From: the human T2T-CHM13v2.0 reference genome, Homo sapiens
Length of the DNA: 64,000 bases
Direction: 5' to 3'
NCBI GenBank assembly: GCA_009914755.4
Contig: CP068257.2
Span: forward strand, 10,144,001 to 10,208,000
Both the position numbers and the translations under genes were made by a program. Each line of letters starts with the position of its first letter. Position 1 is the stretch's first letter. A model generated the notes under the pieces. It made no database searches, was not told the origin of the DNA, and was given only the letters and a program-made list of their open reading frames with translations. Positions 17,886 through 30,400 of this stretch are shown in pieces.

Positions 17886-20800
17886 TCTATGTAGTTTTTA
17901 TGTGAAGATATTACCTTTTCCACCTTAGGCTGCAAATGGCTCCAAATATCCACATGCAGATGCTACAAAAAGAGAGTTTCAAAACTACTCTATCAAAAGA
18001 TAGGTTCACCTCTATGAGTTGAATAAGCACATCACAAAGTACTTTCTCAGAATGCTTCTGTGTAGTTTTTATGTGAAGATATTTCCTTATCTACCTTAGG
18101 CCTAAAAGCGCTCAAAATATCCATTTTCATACACTACAAAAAGAGGTTTCAAAACTGCTAAATCAAAAGAAAGGTTCAACTCTGTGAGATGAATGCACAC
18201 ATCACAAGAAATTTCTCACAATGTTTCTGTGTAATTTTTTTGTGGAGATAATTCCTTTTCCATAATAGTCCTCAAAGCACTCCAAATATCCATCCGCAGG
18301 TTCTACAAAAAGACTGTTTCAAAACTGCTCAATCAAAAGAGAGGTTCAACTATGTGATATGAATGCAAACATCACAAAGAAGTTTCTCAGAGTGCTTCTC
18401 TGCAGTTTTTATGTGAAAATATTTCCTTTTCCACAATAGGCCTCAAAGCGCTTCAAATATCCACTTGCAGATGCCTCACAAAGAGTGTTTCAAAACTGCT
18501 GTCTCAAAAGATAGGTTCAACATTTTGAGTTGAATGTTCACATAACAAAGAAGTTTCTCAGAGTGCTTCTGTGTAGTTTTAATTGGAAGACATTTACTTT
18601 TGCCCAAAAGGCTGCAAAGGGCTCCAAATACCCACTTGCAGATTCTACAAAAAGAGAGTTTCAAAACTGCCCTATCAAAAGATAGGTTCATCTATGTGAG
18701 ATGAAAGCACACATCATAAAGAAGTTTCTCATAATGGTTCTGTGTAGTTTTTATGTGAAGATAGTTCCTTTTCCACCATAGACCTCAATGCGCTCCAAAT
18801 ATCCACTGGCAGATTCTGCAAAAAGAGTGTTTAAAAATCGCTCTATCAAATGAAAGATTCAACTATGTGAGATGAGTGCACACATCACAAAGTAGTTTCT
18901 CAGAATGCTTCTGTGTAGTTTTTATGTGAGGATATATCCTTTTCCACCATAGGCTGCAAAGGGCTCCAAATATCCACTTGCAGATTCTACAAAAAGACAT
19001 TTTCAAAACTGCTATATGAAAAGATAGGATCAACACTGTGAGACGTATGCACACATCACAAAGAAGTTTCTCAGAATGCTTCTATGTAGTTTTTATGTGA
19101 AGATATTTCCTTTTCCACAACAGGCCTCAAAGCCCTCCAAATATCCACTTCCAGATTCTACAAAAGGAGAGTTTTAAAACTGCTCTATCAAAAGATAAGT
19201 TCAACTCTGTGAGTTGAATGCACACATCATAAAGAAGTTTCTCAGAATGCTTCTGTGTAGCTTTTATGTTAAGATAGTTCCTTTTCTTACGTAGGCTGCA
19301 AAGGGCTCCAAATATCCACTTGCAGATTCCACAGAAAGAGAGTTTCAAAACTGCTCTGTCAAAAGATAGGTTCAACTCCGTAAGATGAATGCACACATCA
19401 CAAAGAAGGTTCTCAGAACGCTTCAGTGTAGTTTTTAAGTGAAGATATTTCCTTTCCCACAATAGGCCCCAAATCGCTCCAAATAACTACTTGTGGATTC
19501 TACAAAAAGAGGGTTTTCAAAATGCTCAATCAAAAGAAAGGTTCAACTCAGTGAGTTGAATGCACGCATCACATGGAAGTTTCTCAGAATGCTTCTTTGT
19601 AGTTTTCATGGGAAGATATTTCCTTTTCCACAATAGGCCTGAAGCCCTCCATATATCCATTTGCAGATTCTACAAAAAGAGTGTTTCCAAATTTCTGAAT
19701 CAAAAGAGAGGTTCAAGCCCGTGAGATGAATGCACACATCACAAAGAAGTTTCTCAGAATGCTTCTGTGCAGTTTTTATGAGAAGATATTTAATTTTCCA
19801 CCATGGGCCGCAAAGGTTCCAAATATCCACTTGCAGATTCTACAAAAAGAGTGTTTCAAAACTGCTCAAGCAAAAGAAAGGTTCAACTCTGCGAGATGAA
19901 TGCACACATCACAAAGAAGTTTTTCAGAATGCTTCTGTGTAATTTTTATGTGAAGATATTTCCTTTTCCACCAGAGGATGCAATCGCTCTAAATATCCAC
20001 TTCCAGATTATACAAAAAGAGTGTTTCAAAACTGCTCAAACAAAAGAAATTTTCAATTCAGTGAGATGAATGCACACATCACAAAAATGTTTCTCAGAAT
20101 ACTTCTGTGTAGTTTTTATGAGAAGATATTTCGTTTTCAGCTGTGGGCCTGAAAACGCTCCAAATATCCATTTGCAGATAATACATAAGTAGAGTTTCAA
20201 GACTGCTCTATGAAAAGATAGGTTCAAATTTGTGAGATTAATGCACACATCACAAAGAAGTTTCTCAGAATGCTTCAGTGTAGTTTTTATGTGAAGATAT
20301 TTACCACCATAGAACTCAAAGCGCTCGAATTATACACTTGCAGATACTTCAAAAAGAGTGTTTCAAAACTGCTCAATCAAATGAAAGGTTCACATTTGTG
20401 AGACGAATGCATACATCAAAAAGCAGTTTCTCCGAATGCTTCTGTGTAACTTTTATATGAAGATAGTTCCTTTTCCACCATAGGCCTCAAAGTGCTCCAA
20501 ATGTCCACTTTCAGATTTCACAAAAAGAGTTTTTCCAAACTGCTCAACCAAAAGAAAGGTTCAACTCTTTGAGACGAATGCACACATCACAAAGTAGTTT
20601 CTCAGAATGGTTCTGTATAGTTTTCTTTGAAGAAATTTCCTTTTTCACAATAGGCCTCAAAGTGCTCCATATATCCACCCGCAGATTCTACGAAAAGTGG
20701 TTTTCCAAATGGCTCAATCAAGAAAGAAGTTCAACTCTATGAAATGAATGCACACATTCCAAAGAAGTTTCTCAGAATGCTTCTGTGCAGTTTTTATGTG

Positions 20801-23741
20801 AAGATATTTCCTTTTCCACCACAGGCCGCAAAAGGCTCCAAATATCCACTTGCAGATTCTACAAAAAGAGAGTTTCAACACTTCTCTATGAAAAGATATG
20901 TTAACCTCTGTGATTTGAATGCACACATCACAAAACAGTTTCTCAGTATGCTTCTGTGTAGTTTTTATATGAAGATATTTCCTTTTCCACAATAGGCCTC
21001 CAAGGGCTCCAAATATCCACTGGCAGATTCTACTAAAAGACTGTTTCCAAACTGCTCAATCAAAAGAAAGGTTCAGCTCTGAGAGATGAACACACACATC
21101 ACAAAGAAGTTTCCCAGCATGCTTCTGTGTAGTTTTTATGAGAAGATATTTCCATTTCCACCATCGGCCACAAAGGGCTCCAAATAACCACTTGCAGATT
21201 CTACAAAAAGAAGTTCAACTCTGTGAGATGAATGCACACAAAAAAAAGAAGTTTCTGAGAATGCTTCTGTGTAGTTTTTGGGTGAAGATATTTCCTTTTC
21301 CACAATAAGCCTCAAAGCAATCCAAATATCCACTGCCAGATTCTCCAAAAAGAGTGTTTGTTTCAAAACTGCTCAATCAAAGAATGCTTCGACTCTGGGA
21401 GATGAATACACATATCATTAAGAAGTTTCTCAGAATGCTTCAGTGTAGTTTTTATGCATAGATATGTCCTTTTCCACCATCGGCCAAAAAGAGGTCCAAA
21501 TAACCACTTGCAGATTCCACATAAAGAGAGCAAGAAAACTGCTCTATCAAAAGCTAGGTTCAACGCTGCGAGTTCAATGCATACATCACAAATAGGTTTC
21601 TCAGAATGCTTCTTTGTTGTTTTTATGTGAAGATACTTCCTTCTCCACCATAGCCTTCATGGTTCTCGAAATGTCCAATTGCAGAATCTACAAAAAGCAT
21701 ATTTCAAAACAGGTCCTTCAAAAGAAATTTTCAACTCTGGGAGATGAATGCACACATGACAAAGAAGTTTCTCAGAATGCTTCTGTGTAGTTTTTATGTG
21801 AAGATATTTCCTTTTCCACAATAAGCCTCAAAGCGTTCCAAATATCCACTTGCAGATTCTACAAAAAGATTATTTCAAAACTGCTCAACCAAATGAAAAG
21901 TTCAACTCTGTGAGATGAATGCATATATCCCAAAGAAGTTTCTCAGAATGCTTCTGTGTTGTCTTTATGTGAAGATATTTCCTTTTATACCATAGGCCTC
22001 AAAGTGCTCCAAACATCCACTTGCAGATTCTACAAAAAGAGTGTTTCAAAACTGATCAATCAAAAGAAAGGTTCAACTTTGTTAGATGAATGCACACAAA
22101 ACAAAGAAGTTTCTGGGAATGCTTCTGTGTAGTTTTTACTTAAGGACATAGCCTTTTCCACAATAAGCCTCAAAGCAATCAAAATATCCACTTGCAGATT
22201 CTACAAAAAAAGTGTTTCAAAACTGCTCAATCAAAGGAAAGATTCATCTCTGTGAAGTGAATGCACACATCACAAAGAAGTTTCTCAGAATCCTTCTCTG
22301 TAGTTTTCATGTTAAGATATATCCTTTTCCACTATAGGTCACAAAGGGCTCCAAATATCCACTTGCAGATTTTACAAACAGAGTGTTTCAAAACTACTCT
22401 ATCAAAAGATAGGTTCAACTCTGTGAGATGAATGCACGCATCACAAAGTAGTTTCTCAGAATGCTTCTGTGTAGTTTTTATGTGAAGATATTACCTTTTA
22501 CACCATCGGCCAAAAAGGGCTCAAAATAACCACTTGCAGATTCTACAAAAAGAGAGTTTCAAAACTGCTCTATCAAAAGATAGGTTCATCTCTGCAAGTT
22601 GAATGCATACATCACAAATTGATTTCTCAGAATGCTTCTGTGTGGTTTTTAATTGAAGATATTTCCTTTTCCACCATAGACCTCAAAACGCTCCAAGTAT
22701 CCACTTGCAGATTCTATGAAAAGAGTGTTTCAAAACTGCTCAATCAAAAGAAAGTTTCAACCCTGTGAGATGAAGGCACACATCACAAAGAAGTTTCTGA
22801 GAATGCTTCTGTGTAGTTTTTTGGGAAGATATTTCCTTTTCCACCATAGGCTTCAATGCGATGCAAATATCCACCTGCAGATTCTATAAAAAGAGTGTTT
22901 CAAAACCACTCTATCAAAAGAAATTTTCAACTCCGTGAGATGAATGTACACATCACAAAAATGTTTCTCAGAATGCTTCTGTGTAGTTTTTATGAGAAGA
23001 TATTTCCTTTTCAGCTATGGGCCTGAAAACGCTCCAAATATCCATTTGCAGATAATGCGTAAAGAGAGTTTCAAGACTGCTCTATGAAAAGATACGTTCA
23101 ACTCTGTCAGTTGAATGCATACTTCACAAAAATTTTCTCAGAAAGCTTCAGTGTAGTTTTTATGTGAAGATATTTCCTTTTCCAACATAGGACTCAAAGT
23201 GCTCCAAATATCCACTTGCAGATTATACAAAAAGTGTTTCAATGCTGCTCAATCAATTGAAAGTTTCAAATATGTGAGACAAATGCACACATCCCAAAGA
23301 AGTTTCTCAGAATGCTTTTGTGTAGCTTTTATGTGAAGATATTTTCTTTTGAAAACTAGGCCTCAAAACATTCATATATCCACTTGCAGATTCTTTAAAA
23401 AGAGTGTTTCTAAACTGCTCAATCAAAAGAGAGGTTCAACTTCGTGAGTTGAATCCACACATCAAAAAGAAGTTTCTCAGAAAGCTTCTGTGTAGTTCTT
23501 ATGTGAAGATATTTCCTTTTCCATCATAAGCCACAAAGGGCTCCATATATCCAATTGCAGATTCTACAAAAAGAGAGTTTCAAAACTGCTCTGTCAGAAG
23601 ATAGGTTCAACTCTGTGAGTTGAATGCACACATCACAAAGGAGTTTCTCAGAATGCTTCTGTGTAGTTTTTATGAGAAGATATTTCCTTTTCCATCATAG
23701 GCCTCAAAGTGTTCAAATTATCCACTTGCAGATTCTATAAA
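17886..23741 (-). repeat. Alpha satellite monomeric array (continuation)
   Basis: ~171-bp alphoid periodicity in the same orientation. Confidence 0.96.
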
Positions 23742-24437
23742 AGAATGGCAATCATTAAAAAGTCACGAAAAAAGAGGTGCTGGAGAGGATGTGGAGAAAT
23801 AGGAACACTTTTACACTGTTGGTGGGACTGTAAACAAGTTCAACCATTGTGGAAGTCAGTGTGGCGATTCCTCAGGGATCTAGAACTAGAAATACCATTT
23901 GACCCAGCCATCCCATTACTGGGTATATACCCAAAGGAATATAAATCATGCTGCTATAAAGACACATGCACACGTATGTTTATTGAGGCGTTATTCACAA
24001 TAGCAAAGACTTGGAACCAACCCAAACGTTCAACAATGATAGACTGGATTAAGAAAATGTGGCACATATACACCATGGAATACTATGCAGCCATAAAAAA
24101 TGATGAGTTCATGTCCTTTGTAGGGACATGGATGAAATTGGAAATCATCATTCTCAGTAAACTATCGCAAGAACAAAAAACCAAACACCGCATATTCTCA
24201 CTCATATGTGGGAATTGAACAATGAGATCACATGGACACAGGAAGGGGAATATCACACTCTGGGGACTGTTGTGGGGTGGGGTGAGGGGTGAGGGATAGC
24301 ATTGGGAGATATACCTAATGCTAGATGACGAGTTAGTGGGTTCAGTGCACCAGCATGGCACATGTATACGTATGTGACTAACCTGCACAATGTGCACATG
24401 TACCCTAAAACTTAAAGTATAATAAAAAAAGAAAGTT
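23742..24437 (+). mobile_element. L1 3' fragment (~0.7 kb: ORF2 C-terminus, 3'UTR, short A-tail), plus strand
   Basis: Begins agaatggcaatcattaaaaagtcacgaaaaaagaggtgctggagaggatgtggagaaatagg (L1 ORF2 near ...RMAIIKKS...CWRGCGE). ORF 23709-24218 ends ...SLICGN*. The 3'UTR ends ...gtaccctaaaacttaaagtataataaaaaaagaaag, and alpha satellite resumes with tttcaaaactgctctatca. Confidence 0.93.
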
Positions 24438-27400
24438 TCAAAACTGCTCTATCACAAGATAGGTTCAACTCTGTGAGATGAATGCACACATCACAAAGAA
24501 GTTTCTCATAATGCTTCTGTGTAGTTTTTATGAGAAGATATTTATTTTTCCATCATAGGTCTCAAAGCACTCCAATTATCCACTTGCAGATTCTACAAAA
24601 AGAGAGTTTCAAAATGCTCAATCAAAAGAAAAGTTGAACTCTGTGAGATGAATGTTCACATCACAAAGAAGTTTCTCAGAATTCTTCTGTGTAGTTGTTA
24701 TGTGAAGATATTTCCTTTTCCACAGTATGGCTCTGAGGGCTCCAAATATCCAGCTGCAGATTCTACTAAAACAGTGTTTCCAAACTGCTAAATCAAAAGA
24801 AAGGTTCTACACTGTGAGATGAATGCACACATCACAAAGTAGTTTCTGAGAAGGCTTCTGTGTAGTTTTTATATGAAGATATTTCCATTTCCACAATAGG
24901 TCTCAAAGTGCTCCAAATATCCACTTGCAGATTTTACAAAAAGAGTGTTTCAAAATTGCCCAATCAAATGACAAGTTCAGCTCTGTGAGATGAATGCACA
25001 CATAACAAAGAAGTTTCTCAGAATGCTTCTCTGTAATTTTGGGGGAAAGATATTTCCTTTTCCACCATCGGCTACAAATGTCTCAAAATAACCACATGCA
25101 GATTCTACAAAAAGAGAGTTTCCAAACTGCTCTATCAAAAGATAGGTTCAACTCTGCGAGTTGAATGCAAACATCACAAAGAAGTTTCACAGAATGCTTC
25201 TGGGTAGTTTCTATGTGAAGATATGTCCTTTTCCACCATAGGCCTCAAAACGCTCTAAATATCCACTTGCAGACTCTACGAAAACAGTGTTTCAAAACTG
25301 CTCAATCAAAAGAAAGCTTCAACTCTGTGAAATCAATGCACACATCACAAAGAAGGTTCTCGGAATGCTTCTCTGCAGCTTTTAAGAGAATATATTTCCT
25401 TTTCCACAGCAGGCAACAAAGGACTCCAAATATCCATTTGCAGTTTGTACAAAAAGAGAATTTCAACACTGCTCTATCAAAAGACAATTTCAACTCTGTG
25501 ATATGAATGCACACATCACAAAGTATTTTCTCAGAATGCTTCTGTGTAGTTTTTATGTGAAGATATTTCCTTTTCCACCACAAGGCAAAACGGGCTCCAA
25601 ATATCCACGTGCAGATTATACAAAAAGAGTGTTTCAAAACTGCTCAATGAAAAGAAATTTCAACTCTGTGAGATGACTGCACTCAAAACAAAGAACTTTC
25701 TGAGAAAGCTTCTGTGTAGCTTTTATGTGAAAGTATTCCCTTTTCCACAATAGGCCTCAAAGCACTCCAAATATCCAATTGCAGATTCTACAAAAAGAGT
25801 GTTTCAAAACTGCTCAATCAACTGAAAGATTCAACTCTGTGAGTTGAATACACACATCACAAAGAAGTTTCTCAGAATGCTTCTGTGTAGTTTTTATGTG
25901 AAGATATTTCCTATTCAACAATAGGCCGCAAAGGGCTCCAAACATCCACTTGCAGATTCTACAAAAAGAGAGTTTCAAAACTGCTCTATGAAAAGATAGG
26001 TTCAACTCTGTGAGCTGAATGCACACATCAGACAGAAGTTTCTCAGTATGCTTCTGTGTAGTGTTTATGAGAAGATATTTCCTTTTCCACCATAGGCAGA
26101 AAAGGGCTACAAATATCCTCTTGCAGATTCTACAAAAAGAGTTTCAAAACTGCTATATAAAAAGATAGGTTCAACACTATGAGTCGAATGCACACATCAC
26201 AAAGAAGTTTCTCAGAATGTTTCTGTGTAGTGTTTATATGAAGATATTTCCTTTCCACCATAGACCTCAAAGCGCTCAAAATATCCACTTGCAGATTCTA
26301 CAAAAAGAGTGTTTCAAAACGGCTCTATGGAATGAAAGTTTCAACTCTGTGAGATGAATGCACACTTCACAAAGAAGTTTGTCAGCATGCTTCTGTGAAG
26401 TTTTTATATGAAGATATTTCCTTTTCCACCATAGGCCTCAATGCGCTCCTTGTATCCACTTGCAGATTCTACAAAAAGATTTTCAAAAATGCTCAATGAA
26501 ATGAAAGGTGCAACTCTGTGCGATGAATGCACACATCACAAAGAATTTTCACAGAATGCTTCTGTGTAGTTTTTCTGTGAAGATATTTCCTTTTCCACAA
26601 TAGACCTCAAAGTGCTTCATATATCTACTTGCAGATTCTACAAAAAGAGTGTTTCCAAGCTGCTCAATCAAAAAGAGTTTCACCTCTGTGAGATGAATGC
26701 ACACAATAAAAGAAGTTTCTCTGAATGCTTCTGTGTGCTTTTTATGTGAAGATATTGCCATTTCCTCCAAAGGCCCCAAAGGGCTCCAAATATCCACTTG
26801 CAGATTGTACAAAAAGAGAGTTTCAAAACTGCCCTATCAAAAGATATTTTCAACTTTGTGTGTTGAATGCACACATGACAAAGAAGTTTCTCAGAATGTT
26901 CCTGTGTAGTTTTTTTGTTAAGATATTTACTTTTTCTCTGTACTCTGCAAAGGGCTCCTAATATCCGCTTGCAGATTCTACAAAAAGAAGGTTTCCAAAC
27001 TGCTCTAACAAAAGATAGGTTCAACTCTTTGAGTTGAATGCTCACATCACAAAGAAGTTTCTCAGATTGCTTCAGTGTAGTTTTTATGTGAAGATATTTC
27101 CTTTTCCAACATAGGCATCAAAGGGCTCCAAATATCCACTTACAGATTCTACACAAAGAGAGTTCCAAAACGGCTCTATAAAAAGATAGGTTGAACTCTG
27201 TGAGTTGAATGCACACATCACAAAGAAGTTTCTCAGAAAGCTTCTGTGTTGTTTTTATGTGAAGATATTTCCTTTTCCACCATAGGCCTCACAGTGCTCC
27301 AAATATCCCATTGCAGATTCTACCCAAAGAGTGTTTCAAAAGTGCTCAATCAAAAGAAACGTTCAAATTTTTGAGATGAATACACATATCACAACGAAGT

Positions 27401-30400
27401 TTCTCAGAATCCTTCTGTGTAGTTTTTGTGTGAAGATATTTCCTTTTCCATCATAGGAGCAAATGGCTCCAAATATCCACTTGTAGATTCTACCAAAAGA
27501 GAGTTTCAAAACTTCTCTATCAAAAGATAGGTTCAACTCTGTGAGCTGAATGCACACATCTCAAAGAAGTTTCTCAGAATGCTTCTGTTCCTTTTTTATG
27601 TTAATATATTTCCTTCTACACCACAGGCCACAAAGGGCTCCCAATATCCACTTGCAGATTCTGCAAAATGAGAGTTTCAATACTGCTCTGTCAAAAGATA
27701 GGTTCAACTACGTGAGCTGAATGCACACATCACAAAGAAGTTTCTCAGAATACTTCTGTGTAGTTTTTATGTAAAGATGTTTCATTTTCCACCATAGGCC
27801 TCAATGTGCTCCAAATTTCCACTTGCAGATTCTTCAAAAAGAGTGTTTCATAACTCCTCAATCAAAAGAAAGTTTCAACTCTGTGAGATGAATGAGCACA
27901 TCACAAAGAAGTTTCTCACAATGCTTCTGTGCAGTTCTTATGTGAAGATATTTCCCTTCCCAACATAGGCCACAAAGGTCTCTAAATATCCCCTTGCAGA
28001 TTCTACAAAAAGAGAGTTTCAAAACTGCTCTATCAAAATATATGTTCAACTCTGTGAGATGAATGCACACCTCAGAAACAAGTTTCTCAGAATGCTTCTC
28101 TGTAGTTTTTACGTGAAGATATCTCATTTTCCACCATAGGCCTCAACGTGCTCAAATACCACTTGCAGATTCTACAAAAAGAGTGTTTCAATACTGCTCA
28201 AGTCTAAAGAAAGGATCAACCCTGTGACACAAATGCACACAAAACAAAGAAGTGTCTCAGAATCCTTCTGTGTAGTTTGTATGTGAAGATGTTACCTTTT
28301 CCACATTAGGCGACAAAGCACTCCAAATTTCCAATTGCAGATTCTACAAAAAGAGTGTTTCAAAACTACTCAATCAAATGAAAGGTTCAACTCTGTGAGC
28401 TGAATGTACACATCACAAGGAAGTTTCTCAGAATGTTTCTGTGTAGTTTTTAGAGGAAGATATTTCTTTTTCCACCACTGGCCACAATGGGCTCCAAATA
28501 ATCACACACAGATTCTACAAAAAGACTGTTTCAAAACTGCTATATCAAAAGATCAGTACAATGCTGCGAGTTGAATGCACACATCACAAAGAAATTTCTC
28601 GGAATCCTTCTGTGTAGTTTTTATGTGAAGATATATCCCTTTCCACCATAGGCCTCAAAGCGCTCCATATATCCACTTGCAGATTCTGTGAAAAAAGTGT
28701 CTCAAATCTGTTCAAACAATACAAAATTTAACACTCTGAGATGAATGCACACATTACAAAGAATTTTCCCAGAATACTTCTGTGTAGTTTTTAGGGGAAC
28801 ATATTTCCTTTTCCTCCATTGGCCACAAAGGGTTCCAAACAACCACATGCAGATTTTACAAAAAGAAAGTGCCAAAACTGCTCAATCAAAAGAAAGATTC
28901 AACTCTGTGAGATGAATGCACACATCACACGAAGTTTCTCAGAATGCTTCTGTGTTGTTTTTATGTGAAGATATTTCCTTTTCCACCATAGGCCTCTAAG
29001 TGCACCAACTATACACTTCCAGATTCTACAAAAAGAATGTTTTAAAACTGCTCAATCAAAAGAAAGTATCAACTCTGTGAGGAAATGCACACATCACAAA
29101 GAAGTTTCTCAGAATGATTCTGTGTAGTTTTTAAGTGAAGGTATTTACTTTTATACAATACGGCTCCAAGGGCTCCAAATATTCACTTGCATTTCTACTG
29201 AAAGAATTTTTCCAAACTGCTCAATCAAAAGAATGGTTCAACTGTGTGAGATGAGTGCACACATCACAAAAAGTTTCTAAGCATGCTTCTGTGTAGTTTT
29301 AGGGAAGGATATTTCCTTTTCCACCATTGGCCAAAAAGGGCTCCAAATATCCACTTGCACATTTTACATAAAGACAGTTTCAAAACTGCTCTATCAAAAG
29401 ACATATTCAACTCTGTGAGTTGAATGCACACATCACAAAGAAGTTTCTCAGAATGCTTTTCTGTAGTTTTTATGTTAAGATATTTCCTTTTCTACAATGG
29501 ACTTCAAAGTGCTCCAAATATCCACTTGAAGATTCTATGAAAAGAGTTTTTCCAAACTGCTCAATCAGAAGAAAGGTTCAACTCTGTGAGATGAATGCAC
29601 AAATCACAACAAAGTTTCTCAAAATGCATCTGTGTAGTTTTTGTGTGAAGATATATCCTTTTCCACCATAGACCACAAAGAGCTCCAAATATCCACTTGC
29701 AGATTCTACAAAAAGAGAGTTTCAAAACTGCTCAAAAAAAAGATAGGTTCAACTCTGTCAGATGAATGCACACAAAACAAAGAAGTGTCTCAGAATGCTT
29801 CTGTGTAGTTTGTATGTGAAGATATTACCTTTTCCACATTAGGTGACAAAGCACTCCAAATTTCCAATTGCAGATGCTACAAAAAGAGTGTTTCAAAACT
29901 ACTCAATCAAATGAAAGGTTCAACTCTGTGAGCTGAATATACACATCACAAAGAAGTTTCTCAGAATGTTTCTGTGTAGTTTTTAGAGAAAGACATTTCC
30001 TTTTCCACCATTGGCCACAAAGGGCTCCAAATAATCACACACAGATTCTACAAAAAGACTGTTTCAAAACTGCTATATCAAAAGATAAGTTCAACTTTGC
30101 AAGTTGAATGCACACATCACAAAGAAGTTTCTCAGAATCCCTCTGTGTAGAGTGTCTCAAAACTGCTCAAACAATAGAAACTTTAACACCATGATATGAA
30201 TGCATACATTACAAAGAAGTTTCTCAGAATGCTTCTGTGTAGTTTTTAGGGGTACATATTTCCTTTTCATCCATTGGCCACAAAGGGCTCCAAATAACCA
30301 CATGCAGAATTTACACAAAGAAAGTTTCAAAACTACTCAATCAAAAGAAAGGTTCCACTCTATGAGATGAATACACACATCACAACGAAGTTTCTCAGAA

